Positions 46,522 through 55,621 of a DNA stretch of 64,000 nt are shown one piece after another (within the stretch, counting starts at the first letter, position 1; the number at the start of each line of letters is the position of its first letter). The notes beneath the pieces are model-generated. The model was not told the DNA's origin. It saw only the letters and a list, made by a program, of their open reading frames with translations, and did no database searches. Location: contig CAVUWA010000010.1 of assembly GCA_963744995.1 (NCBI GenBank), positions 640,001-704,000 on the forward strand. The letters are read 5' to 3'. Source of the stretch: Candidatus Eiseniibacteriota bacterium (GTDB taxonomy: Bacteria; Eisenbacteria; RBG-16-71-46). The position numbers were made by a program, and so were the translations under genes.

Positions 46522-46589
46522 GCAGCCACGGCGTCAGGCTGAAAGCGAACCCGTGCGATACACCTGCAGCGGGGGACCCGCGCCCGCCC

Positions 46590-47642
46590 CTACCCCCCAC
46601 TCCCCACCCTCAACCCCTCCATGATCTCCTCGAGCGCCTCGCGCGACGGCCGCACCGTCTCCAGCGGCAACGCCGCCAGCGACCCGGCCCCGAGCTTCCA
46701 CTCTTCAGAAAAGGTCCGCTGCCCGGGATTCACGTACAGCAACCCCGTCACGAACTTCTGCTCGCGCCGGCCCTGGCGGATCGTGGCGAGCGCGCGGTCG
46801 GAATCGGTGGGGTCGTAGTCCTCTTCGAGCTTCTTCAAATAGATGAACGAGCCGTCCGGCATCTTCACCTCGCGCGTCGTGCCGGGCTCGTAGTCGACGT
46901 GAATGTCCTCGAAGTAGGGCACGTAGTCGATGTCGTGCACCGGGGAATCGTGTTGCTTGACGGCGGCGTAGCTCTTGGTCGAACCCTCGTGGTCGGCGAA
47001 CGTCACGCACGGGCTGATCACGTCGATCACCGCGGTGCCGGTGTGCGAGAACGCCGCTTTCAGCAGCGGCCTGAGCTGCTTCTGGTCACCGCTGAACGAG
47101 CGCGCCACGAAGCCGCAGCCGAGCTCGATCGCCATCGCGCACAGGTCGATCGGCATCAGCTCGTTGGGCGTGCCGTTCTTCATGGTGCTGCCGATGTCGG
47201 CGGTCGCCGAGAACTGGCCCTTGGTGAGCGCGTACACGCCGTTGTTCTCGACGATGTACACGACGGGCACGTTGCGGCGGATCATGTGGATGAACTGCCC
47301 GATGCCGATGCTCGCGGTGTCGCCGTCGCCGCTGACGCCGATCAGCGTCAGTTCGCGGTTCGCGGCGTGCACGCCGGCGGCGATGCTCGGCATGCGGCCG
47401 TGCACGGCATTGAAGCCGTGCGCGTGGCTCAGGAAGTACGCCGGCGTCTTGCTCGAGCAGCCGATACCCGACAGCTTGGCGACCTTGTGCGCTTCGAGTC
47501 CGTCCTCCCACGCGGCCTGGATGATGCCGGCGGTGATCGCGTTGTGGCCGCAGCCGGGACACAGCGTGGTCGCCGAGCCCTCGTAGTCGCCGCGCACGAG
47601 GCCGAGGCGGTTGACGGGTGGGTTGGATTTGACGGCGCTCAT
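46590..47642 (-). CDS. korB: 2-oxoacid:ferredoxin oxidoreductase beta subunit
   Basis: CPGCGH, SGIGCSS, HGR, GDGD..SIG, NNGVYALTKGQ. Confidence 0.93.
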   Translation of the reverse strand: MSAVKSNPPVNRLGLVRGDYEGSATTLCPGCGHNAITAGIIQAAWEDGLEAHKVAKLSGIGCSSKTPAYFLSHAHGFNAVHGRMPSIAAGVHAANRELTLIGVSGDGDTASIGIGQFIHMIRRNVPVVYIVENNGVYALTKGQFSATADIGSTMKNGTPNELMPIDLCAMAIELGCGFVARSFSGDQKQLRPLLKAAFSHTGTAVIDVISPCVTFADHEGSTKSYAAVKQHDSPVHDIDYVPYFEDIHVDYEPGTTREVKMPDGSFIYLKKLEEDYDPTDSDRALATIRQGRREQKFVTGLLYVNPGQRTFSEEWKLGAGSLAALPLETVRPSREALEEIMEGLRVGSGG

Positions 47643-49495
47643 CGGGTCGCTCCTTCCACGGCCTTCTTTTCGTTCCCGCGTTCGGCGGGGGGCGCCATGC
47701 CGGGAGTCGGCGGCAGCCCTTCCATTTCGAGGATCGCGTCGCTCACGGCGCGGGCGTTGATCGGCAGCCCGTCGTAGTTGCACACGGAGCGGATGCGCTC
47801 GCCGAGTCCCGGCAGCTCCATTCGGAGGATCCCGGCCATCTGCCCGTCGCGGTTCTGCTCGACGACGTACACCCGGTCGTAGCGCTCGATGAATGCCCGC
47901 ACGTCCTTCGTGAACGGCAGCGCCTTCAACAGCATGTACCCGGTCGGCAGGCGCTGCTCGCGCATCTGGTCGCGCGACTCCACGATCGCCCAGTGCGTCG
48001 AGCCGTAGGCGATGATGCCGACCTCTGCCGTCCGGTCGTCGTCCACGACCGGAGCGGGCACCAGCGTGCGCGCGGTCTCCCACTTGATCTTCAGCCGGTC
48101 GATGACCTGCATGAACGCCTCGGGGTTCTCGGTGTAGCGCGCCATCTCGTCGTGGCCCGAGCCGCGGGTGAAGTACGCGCCCTTCGGGTGCTCGATGCCG
48201 GGCAGCGTGCGGTACGGAATGCCGTCGCCGTCGACGTCCTTGTAGCGGCCCCAGTTCTCGACCTTCTCGAGCGCTTCCGCGTCGAGCACCTTGCCGCGGT
48301 CCCACGGCTTCGTCGGGTAGTCGAACGGCTCGCTCATCCAGTTGTTCATGCCGATGTCGAGATCCGACAGCACGAACACCGGCGTCTGCAGCCGCTCGGC
48401 GAGGTCGAACGCCAGGATGCCGTAGTCGAAGCAGTCCCTGACGCTCGACGGGAACAGGATCGGGTGGCGCGTGTCGCCGTGCGACAGGGTGTAGACCATC
48501 GACACGTCGCCCTGCGCGGTGCGCGTCGGCAGCCCGGTGCTCGGGCCCACGCGCTGGATGTCCCACACGACGGCGGGGATCTCGGCGTAGTAGCCGAAGC
48601 CGGTGAATTCGCCCATCAGGCTCAGCCCCGGCCCCGAACTCGCGGTCATCGAGCGGGCGCCGGCCCAGTTGGCGCCCAGGACCATGCCGATCGCCGCGAG
48701 TTCGTCCTCGGCCTGGATCACCGCGTACGTGGCCTTGCCGTCCGGGCCGACGCGGTACTTGTCGAGGTAGCCGATCAGCGCCTCGATCAGGCTCGATGAC
48801 GGCGTGATCGGGTACCAGGTGACGACCGTCACGCCGCCGAACATCGCGCCCAGCGCCGCGGCGGTGTTGCCGTCGATCAGGATCTTGCCCTCATTCTCGT
48901 TCATGCGCTCGAGGCGGAACGGATCGGTCTTCTTCAGGTTCGCCTTCGCCCACTCCCAGCCGGCCTGCACGGCCTGCAGGTTGAGCTCGAGCGCCTTGGG
49001 CTTGTGGCCGAGCTGCGCCTGCAGCGCGCGCTCGATCTCGCCTTCCTCGATCCGCAGCAGCTCGGCGAGCACCCCGACGTAGAGCATGTTCACCACCAGG
49101 CGGCGCAGCTTCACGTTGGTGGTGATGCCTTCGATCATCTGCTTCATCGGCACCCTGTAGACGTGGCGGTCGGCGGGGATCTCGGGCACCGTGATCGCGT
49201 CGTTGATCACGATCATGCCGCCGGGGCCGATCTTGGCGACGTCCTCGGCCGCGGTCTCCGGATTCATCACCACCATGATGTCGGTGTACTTGCGGCGCGC
49301 GATGTAGCCCTTCGCGCTGGCGCGGATGGTGAACCACGTGGGCAGCCCGGCGATGTTCGACGGGAACAGGTTCTTGCCGCTCACCGGAATGCCCATCTGG
49401 AAAATGGCGCGCAGCAGCACGGAGTTCGCGGTCTGGCTGCCCGAGCCGTTGACCGTGGCCACCTCGACGCTGAAATCGTTGATGATCGGATTCAC
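47639..49495 (-). CDS. korA: 2-oxoacid:ferredoxin oxidoreductase alpha(+gamma) subunit
   Basis: NGSGSQ, YPITPSS, QAEDE, SGPG.SLM, QRVGPSTGLPT. Confidence 0.93.
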   Translation of the reverse strand: MNPIINDFSVEVATVNGSGSQTANSVLLRAIFQMGIPVSGKNLFPSNIAGLPTWFTIRASAKGYIARRKYTDIMVVMNPETAAEDVAKIGPGGMIVINDAITVPEIPADRHVYRVPMKQMIEGITTNVKLRRLVVNMLYVGVLAELLRIEEGEIERALQAQLGHKPKALELNLQAVQAGWEWAKANLKKTDPFRLERMNENEGKILIDGNTAAALGAMFGGVTVVTWYPITPSSSLIEALIGYLDKYRVGPDGKATYAVIQAEDELAAIGMVLGANWAGARSMTASSGPGLSLMGEFTGFGYYAEIPAVVWDIQRVGPSTGLPTRTAQGDVSMVYTLSHGDTRHPILFPSSVRDCFDYGILAFDLAERLQTPVFVLSDLDIGMNNWMSEPFDYPTKPWDRGKVLDAEALEKVENWGRYKDVDGDGIPYRTLPGIEHPKGAYFTRGSGHDEMARYTENPEAFMQVIDRLKIKWETARTLVPAPVVDDDRTAEVGIIAYGSTHWAIVESRDQMREQRLPTGYMLLKALPFTKDVRAFIERYDRVYVVEQNRDGQMAGILRMELPGLGERIRSVCNYDGLPINARAVSDAILEMEGLPPTPGMAPPAERGNEKKAVEGATR

Positions 49496-49553
49496 GGATG
49501 TTCCTTATGTGGAGCGCCGGCGGCGGATGCGCGACCCGCGGCGCCGCTGCCGC

Positions 49554-50537
49554 TCAGGTGTACAGATCGCCCATCGTCATCCGACCGGGCTTGCGCACGT
49601 ACATGTAGACGCTGTTCGCCGCCACCGCGCCGTCGCCGGAGGCGGTGATCAGCAGTTTGTACTTCCCTTCATAGGTGACGATGTCGCCGGCGGCGAAAAC
49701 GCCCTTCACCGACGTCTGCATGTGATCGTCAACCTTGATCAGGTTGCCTTCGACCTCGATGCCCCAGCGCTTCACGGCGTCGAGGTTCACCGCCGCGCCG
49801 ATGTTCACGACCAGATAGTCGCACGGCAGGCGCAGCGGCTCGGGATTGCCCTTCTGCGCGGCCACCACGGTTTCGATGCGGCCGTCCCGCGTTTCGATCG
49901 AGCGCACCCGCGTGTTGAAATGACGCGGAATCTTCATCTCGTCCACGAGGTCGATGTTGCCTTCCATGCCGGTGAACCGGTCGAGCACCTGCAGCATCGT
50001 CACGTCCGCGCCCGCTTCGTGCGCGGCCTGCGCGCTCTCGAGCCCGGAATCGCCGCCGCCGACCACGATCACCTTCTTGCCGCGGACCTTCGTCCTGTCG
50101 GGCATCCGGTAGGTGAGCACGTCCTCGGTGAGCCCTTCTTCGCCCGACACGCGCAGCCGCCGCGGCTCGAACGCGCCGCCCCCGATGGCGATGATCACCG
50201 CCTTCGTCGGGTAGCGGTGCTCTTCCTTCGTCAGCACGTGCTGCGCGACGACCTCGAAGCCGCCGTCGTCCTGCTTCACCAGGTCCATGACCTTCTGGTG
50301 GTCCACCATCTCGACGCCGAGCTTGGTCGCGTGCTCGATCAGGTGGTGCGCCAGCTGGCCGGCGATCACGTGATGGTAGCCGGGCCAGTCGTGCACCGGC
50401 TTGTCGCCGTAGAGCGAGATCAGCTGCCCGCCCATGCGTCCGGCGTCCACGACGACGACGTCCATCTTGCGCATGCGGCAGTACATGCCGGCGGTCAGCC
50501 CCGACGGCCCGCCGCCGATGATCACGACTTCGTGCAC
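49554..50537 (-). CDS. TrxB-fold ferredoxin-NADP+ reductase (YumC-like, no CxxC)
   Basis: IIGGGPSG, GGQL..LY, GGGDSG, FAAGDI..Y.GK..LI; GGAGG RBS before GTG. Confidence 0.82.
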   Translation of the reverse strand: MHEVVIIGGGPSGLTAGMYCRMRKMDVVVVDAGRMGGQLISLYGDKPVHDWPGYHHVIAGQLAHHLIEHATKLGVEMVDHQKVMDLVKQDDGGFEVVAQHVLTKEEHRYPTKAVIIAIGGGAFEPRRLRVSGEEGLTEDVLTYRMPDRTKVRGKKVIVVGGGDSGLESAQAAHEAGADVTMLQVLDRFTGMEGNIDLVDEMKIPRHFNTRVRSIETRDGRIETVVAAQKGNPEPLRLPCDYLVVNIGAAVNLDAVKRWGIEVEGNLIKVDDHMQTSVKGVFAAGDIVTYEGKYKLLITASGDGAVAANSVYMYVRKPGRMTMGDLYT

Positions 50538-50581
50538 GACCGACCTCCGGTCCGACCGCTGATCCAGCGGGTGAATCACCC

Positions 50582-50610
50582 ACGGTACGGTCGGCGCGAA
50601 GGAGGGTCAA
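50582..50610 (-). promoter_or_regulatory. sigma70-type promoter of the FNR-korAB operon
   Basis: TTGACC-17 bp-TACCGT. Confidence 0.6.
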
Positions 50611-50718
50611 GGCGGCGCGCCGCGTTCGCGTCACGGCTGCCGCGGTGTGCCGGGCAGGCCTGCATGGAGTGCCGCGGCGCGACGGCCGGGTCTCACCCGC
50701 GCCGCCGCGCCTGCGCCG

Positions 50719-51642
50719 TTACTGCCGCCAGAGCAGCGCCAGCCGGCCGGTCGTGCGCTCGGTCTGGTCGCCGTACAGGTTCGAGACGGCCGGGATCTGC
50801 ACCAGCAGGTTGAGGGCGATCGGCCCGAACGCGCCCCAGGTGAGGCTCGGCGCGACGTACAGCAGGCCGCCGCCGGTGTTGGGATCGTCTTCACCCGCTT
50901 CGGTCCGGTCCTTTTCGGCGACGCGCCCGTTGAGTTCGAGCGCCGCCTGCCACGAGGGCGACAGCGTGCGCGCGTAGCCGGCGTTGAACAGCACCACGTT
51001 GCCGTAATGATAGCCGTGCGAACTCTCGCCGTTCACACGGCCCATGACGCTCGCGCTCAGCGACGATTCCAGCAGCGACAGGTCGCTCGCGATACCGAAC
51101 GTGCCCGACCAGGCGCCGGTGCCGGGCTGCAGGTGCGCTTCGAGCCGGTCGCCGGCGCCATCCTTCTTGTTCGTCATGCCGGTCGGCACCGTGACATTCG
51201 CGACCAGCCCGACCAGACCGCGGCGCGTGAACAGGTTGCCGAAACGCAGGGCGTCCCAGCGCGCGAGCACGTCGCCGTCGCCGAGCCCGTTGCTGCGCGT
51301 GACGAACGCTTCTTCGCCCGTAACGTTCTCGGTGTTCTTCTTCCACACCCACGGCAGCCGCGCGCGCAGCGCGACCCGAGTCATCGGCCGGTAGGAGACG
51401 AACCCAGAGAGGCGATGCTCGGTCTGATCCTCGCTGCCGGGATCTTCCGACAGCGCGTTGGCCTTGGACAGGTAGCGATCCTGGATGCCGTACGAGAACT
51501 TGCTCGTCGCGTCGTCGAGCAGGTAGCCCGGCGGCGTGGGGCTGCCGCACAGGCACTGGCTGCAGGCCAGCCCCTCTCCGGCGAACGCGAATGTCGCGAG
51601 CGCCGCGGCGAGCGCGGCGGCGACCATGGGTCTGCAATGCAT
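50719..51642 (-). CDS. Outer-membrane beta-barrel 'transporter' family protein with N-terminal CxxCxC
   Basis: Signal peptide then ACSQCLCG; GLGD, PTG, LQPGTG, DPNTGG..L..P; alternating beta-strands. Confidence 0.78.
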   Translation of the reverse strand: MHCRPMVAAALAAALATFAFAGEGLACSQCLCGSPTPPGYLLDDATSKFSYGIQDRYLSKANALSEDPGSEDQTEHRLSGFVSYRPMTRVALRARLPWVWKKNTENVTGEEAFVTRSNGLGDGDVLARWDALRFGNLFTRRGLVGLVANVTVPTGMTNKKDGAGDRLEAHLQPGTGAWSGTFGIASDLSLLESSLSASVMGRVNGESSHGYHYGNVVLFNAGYARTLSPSWQAALELNGRVAEKDRTEAGEDDPNTGGGLLYVAPSLTWGAFGPIALNLLVQIPAVSNLYGDQTERTTGRLALLWRQ

Positions 51643-51732
51643 GTGGGATACCTCCGGCCCTTCGGGCCGCGAAGACGTGAAGGCCGCAGCCGGGAGCGGT
51701 CGCTCCCGGCGCATTGACGAGGCCGTGCGCGC

Positions 51733-52110
51733 TCAGGCGCGCGGCGGCGGGTCTTCGAGATCGGCGGCGTGCGTGGCGCCGGGCCAGGCGGTGTCGGGGA
51801 TCATGCCTCGCGGCGCGGCGGGCGTGGAAAGCCGCGGGGCGTATGCGAGCGGCGCGATCCGCACCAGGGTCACGGTCGCCGTCGCCACGGGCAGCCGGCC
51901 CGCGCGGTCGCACTCGCGCAGCGAGTGGCTGCAGGTGCACACGTGCGCGGCGCTCCGGGACATCGCGCAGCAGGCATGGCCGGACCCGCTCCGGCAGCAG
52001 GCCATCTCGCGCGCCGGCACCGGCGCCGGGCACGTGGCCGAGAACGGCGCGAAGGCGCTCCCGGCGACGACGAGGAGCATCAGGGTTCGGATGGCGTGAA
52101 CGGGACGCAT
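51733..52110 (-). CDS. Cys-rich exported leader protein ending in DPPPRA (DUF2946/CruR/CutF-like)
   Basis: Signal-like N-terminus, CC..CC..CxC..C cluster, C-terminal polyproline; directly upstream of the OM transporter. Confidence 0.65.
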   Translation of the reverse strand: MRPVHAIRTLMLLVVAGSAFAPFSATCPAPVPAREMACCRSGSGHACCAMSRSAAHVCTCSHSLRECDRAGRLPVATATVTLVRIAPLAYAPRLSTPAAPRGMIPDTAWPGATHAADLEDPPPRA

Positions 52111-52501
52111 GGGCTGGGCAGGCCTCGAGTGGGTAAGGCTACCAGAGCGGTGGCCGCGAGTTCCTGCTTTCGACGCATTTCCCCGGCCATCGTTGCAACC
52201 TTCCGGCCGCCGGCGTTCACTCATACTCAACATGAGGGTCCTGCCCCCCCGACCCCGAAGAACGGACCCTGGTCGAACGGTTCCTGCGCGAGCGCAGCGA
52301 CGCCGCCTGCGCCCCGCTCTACACGAGCTGTGCGCCGCGGGTGTACGGGCTCGTCGTCCACCTGCTCGGCCCGGGCTCGCGGCGCCGAGCCGGCCCGCGC
52401 CGCGACCTGCGACGACGCCGTGCGGATCGCCGCCAGCAACGGTCCCCCCGTACCCCCTCCGTCGCCTTGACCCCCGATCACGGGAGTGCCAGCGTGGAGT
52501 C

Positions 52502-53272
52502 ATGCACGGCGAACTCCGCATCCAGCCTCCGAGCGAGGTCATCGAGGCCACGCGCCACTGGCTCCAGCCGGTGCGCGACGCGCTGGGCAAGGAGTTCCTC
52601 GGCGCCTATCTCACCGGCAGCGTGCTCACCCAGGGCTTCGATCCCAAGCTCTCACACGTGAACGTTCTGGTCGTCGCGCGTCATCTCGACGCCGACACGC
52701 TCGATCGGCTGAACGCGGCGATCCCGCGCCCGAAGAAGAAAGACAAAAAGAAGAGCGCGCTCCAGTTCGAACCGTTGTTCGTGACGCAGACCCAGATCGA
52801 GAAGTCGCTCGACGTCTTCCCGATCGAGTGGCTCGACATCCAGGAGCGCCACCTGCGCCTGGAAGGGGACAACGTGTTCGAGGCGATCGAGGTGCCGCGC
52901 GACCACCTGCGGCGCCAGTGCGAGCACCAGCTGCGCGGCAAGAACATCCAGCTGCGCCAGGCCTACATCCTGTCGAAGCACGAGCCCGCGGTGCTCGAAG
53001 CCGAGCTGGCCGGGGTGGCGAGCACTTTCGCGACCCTGTTCCGCACGCTGATCCGGCTGCAGGGAGAGACGCCGCCCACGCACAATGGGCAGGTCGTCGA
53101 ACGCGTCGCCGACATCTACGGACTCGACGCGCGCGGACTGCTCGGCGCGCACCTGGTGCGCTACTCCGGAGAAGGCGCCTACAACGGCGGCGAACTCGGC
53201 GACATGTACCGGCGCTTCCTCGTCGAGGTAGACCGGCTGGTGATCGCGATCGACCAGCTCACCGTTCGATGA
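52502..53272 (+). CDS. Nucleotidyltransferase-fold protein associated with LemA/TPM loci
   Basis: YLTGS....F.P..SHVNVLVV, SLDVFPIEWLDI, LRRQCEHQLRG. Confidence 0.75.
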   Translation: MHGELRIQPPSEVIEATRHWLQPVRDALGKEFLGAYLTGSVLTQGFDPKLSHVNVLVVARHLDADTLDRLNAAIPRPKKKDKKKSALQFEPLFVTQTQIEKSLDVFPIEWLDIQERHLRLEGDNVFEAIEVPRDHLRRQCEHQLRGKNIQLRQAYILSKHEPAVLEAELAGVASTFATLFRTLIRLQGETPPTHNGQVVERVADIYGLDARGLLGAHLVRYSGEGAYNGGELGDMYRRFLVEVDRLVIAIDQLTVR

Positions 53273-54066
53273 TCGCCTCGCGCGCCACGCGCGCGCCGAT
53301 CCTGTGGCTCGCCGGACTCATGATGATCCTCGCCTGCGCAGTGCCCGCGCGGGCGCAGGACGAACCGGCCATTCCCGAACCGGTCGGCTACGTCAACGAC
53401 CACGCGAACCTGCTCGACGCGCATACGAAGGGCCAGCTCGAGGCGTTTCTCGATCAACTGCAGAGGAAGACCGGCGCCGAGTTCGCGATCCTCACGGTGC
53501 CGACGACGGCACCCCTCGACCCCAGTGAATACAAGGTGAAGGTCTTCGAGAAGTGGGGCCTGGGGCAGAAGGGCGAGGACAACGGGTTGCTGATGCTGGT
53601 CGCGATGCAGGAGCGCGAGGTGCGATTCGAAACCGGTTACGGACTCGAGGGCACGCTCCCCGACGGCATGCAGTCGAGAATCTTCCGCCGCGTCATGCAG
53701 CCGCGTTTCCGCGCAGGCGACTTCCCGGGCGGGATCGTCGCCGGGGTGCAGCAGTACGCGGCGCGCATCGCCGACGAGAAGGGCGTGACGGTGGAATGGG
53801 ACGGCCGCGAACTCCATTACACCGGCGGCCGCAGCGGTCGCGTACCGATCTGGGTGCCGCTGGTGATCTTCCTGATCGTGGCGAGCCTGCTCTCCCGCAT
53901 GCGCGGTGGGCCCGGCGGTCCGCGGCGGCGCTACCGCGGCGGCTACTGGGGCGGCGGCTTCGGCGGGTACGGCGGCGGCTTCGGCGGCCGCGGCGGCGGC
54001 GGCGGCTCGTTCGGCGGCTTCGGCGGCGGGGCGAGCGGCGGCGGCGGCGGCGGCGGCGGCTGGTAA
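53269..54066 (+). CDS. TPM-domain protein (YgcG-like) with Gly-rich tail
   Basis: YVND.ANLL, WGLGQKGEDNGLL, ETGYGLEG.LPD, GGGASGGGGGGGGW. Confidence 0.92.
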   Translation: MIASRATRAPILWLAGLMMILACAVPARAQDEPAIPEPVGYVNDHANLLDAHTKGQLEAFLDQLQRKTGAEFAILTVPTTAPLDPSEYKVKVFEKWGLGQKGEDNGLLMLVAMQEREVRFETGYGLEGTLPDGMQSRIFRRVMQPRFRAGDFPGGIVAGVQQYAARIADEKGVTVEWDGRELHYTGGRSGRVPIWVPLVIFLIVASLLSRMRGGPGGPRRRYRGGYWGGGFGGYGGGFGGRGGGGGSFGGFGGGASGGGGGGGGW

Positions 54067-54140
54067 ACGCGCCCGGCTGCGGGTTGCACAGCCGGCACGG
54101 ATGGGGCTCGACCTCCGCGCGCCGGCACCGCGCGCCAGGA

Positions 54141-54476
54141 TTACGCCGGCAGCATCCGGTAGAGGCCGGCGGCGAGCACGGCCAGCATCGCGACGTGATA
54201 GAGCACGTCGGGCACCGTTCTCGGTCCCACGCCCACGATCACCGTGAACAGGCCGATCGTCGTGCCGGCGAGCGCGAAGCCCTGCGCGGCGAGCTGCACG
54301 CTTCCGGCCTGTGCGGGAAGCACCCACGACAGCAGCGCGCCTGCGAGCAGCACGAGGCCGATCACGGTCTCGGCGATGCGCGCGCGGCGATGCGCGAAAC
54401 CGGCCACCACCCGGCCCGAGTGGACGACGGCCGCGACGGCGAACATCGCGGCTTCCACCAGCATCAGCGCCGTCAT
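54141..54476 (-). CDS. Small 4-TM membrane protein
   Basis: Hydrophobic helices; overlaps the stop of the upstream gene. Confidence 0.65.
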   Translation of the reverse strand: MTALMLVEAAMFAVAAVVHSGRVVAGFAHRRARIAETVIGLVLLAGALLSWVLPAQAGSVQLAAQGFALAGTTIGLFTVIVGVGPRTVPDVLYHVAMLAVLAAGLYRMLPA

Positions 54477-54886
54477 TGGGCACCGTCCGCCGGCGCGCTC
54501 ACGTGCGGCGCCGCGGCGGCCCGCCGGCCGCCGATCAGACGGGCCGACAGCGCACCGCCCATCCCCATGCCCGCGACACCGACCAGCAGATGCATGACCC
54601 GGATGGTCCAGTGGTGCGACCCCGGCAGCAGCCCGAGCTGGGCATAGCCGAGCAGCGGAATCAGGACGCCCCAGAGCAGCGCCGTGATCACCAGCCCGCG
54701 CGGCGCGCCGGCGCGCGCCCCGAGGATGGCGAGCACCCACAGCAGGACGACGAACAGGAAACCGAGCCCCATGTGCAGCCCGACGAGCCCCCGGGCGTGG
54801 CCGGTCCACAGCGCGATGCCGAGCGCGAGGAGCGCAGCGCCGACGATCCCGAATCCGGCGCGCGCGATGACGATGACGGACTTCAA
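54473..54886 (-). CDS. Small 4-TM membrane protein with conserved His (LHMGLG, HLLVG)
   Basis: AGGAGG RBS before TTG; cytochrome-b-like His placement. Confidence 0.72.
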   Translation of the reverse strand: MKSVIVIARAGFGIVGAALLALGIALWTGHARGLVGLHMGLGFLFVVLLWVLAILGARAGAPRGLVITALLWGVLIPLLGYAQLGLLPGSHHWTIRVMHLLVGVAGMGMGGALSARLIGGRRAAAAPHVSAPADGAQ

Positions 54887-54962
54887 CCCGTGGCCTCCTT
54901 TCCATCCGGCGGCCGATTCATCCGGCGGCCGATGGGGCGAATCTAGGAAATTGGTTTAAGTG

Positions 54963-54982
54963 AATCAATGATTTAATTGATT
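54963..54982. promoter_or_regulatory. MarR-type operator AATCAAT-N6-ATTGATT
   Basis: AT-rich inverted repeat between divergent marR and membrane genes. Confidence 0.65.
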
Positions 54983-54999
54983 GGAATGTCCAGGGTGTC

Positions 55000-55028
55000 T
55001 TGACGTTCTTCGGTCGTCTCTCTAAGCT
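55000..55028 (+). promoter_or_regulatory. sigma70-type promoter (leaderless marR)
   Basis: TTGACG-17 bp-TAAGCT, GTG 6 nt downstream. Confidence 0.7.
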
Positions 55029-55034
55029 TCGTTC

Positions 55035-55493
55035 GTGCCAAGGACTTCCCGACCCGACCCGCTCGCGACGCAGGCCTGGCGGCTCCTGTTCGACTTCTTC
55101 ATCCGCACGAGCCCCGAGCGCGAAGCGATTCTGCGGCGCCACGGCCTGACGCCGAACGACACCCGCGCGCTCACGAGCCTCGACGTGCGCGAGGGCCGCA
55201 CCATGCGCTCGCTGGCCGAGGCGTGGGGATGTGACGCGTCCAACGCGACGTGGATCGTCGACCGCCTCGAAAAGAGGGGCTTCGCCGTGCGCAAGTCGCA
55301 CGCCACGGACCGCCGCGTGAAGCTGGTCGTGCTGACGCCCGCCGGTCTCAAGGCGCGCACCGACCTCGTCCGTGAAATGCACCAGCCGCCGCCGGAGATG
55401 CTCGCGCTCGACGACGCGACGCTGCGGCTCCTGATCGAGGGCCTCGGCCGCCTGACGCAGCGCGCCGGCGACCGCAGCGCCGCGCGGCGCTGA
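55035..55493 (+). CDS. MarR family transcriptional regulator
   Basis: CDASNATWIVDRLEKRG, DRRVKLVVLTPAG. Confidence 0.92.
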   Translation: MPRTSRPDPLATQAWRLLFDFFIRTSPEREAILRRHGLTPNDTRALTSLDVREGRTMRSLAEAWGCDASNATWIVDRLEKRGFAVRKSHATDRRVKLVVLTPAGLKARTDLVREMHQPPPEMLALDDATLRLLIEGLGRLTQRAGDRSAARR

Positions 55494-55621
55494 AACCGCC
55501 CCGGGGCGTCCGGCCCGGCGCGCGTGCACCCATTCATCGGTTCCGCTAACGTCGGCGGCCGGAGACATGCCATGCCACCGTCGGGCCGCCCGTGCGGCGC
55601 CCCGTTGAAAGGAGTCGCGCG

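Noticed and set aside
53935..54063. (GGC)n-rich repeat tract
   Set aside because: Encodes the normal Gly-rich tail of TPM proteins; not a CRISPR or contingency locus
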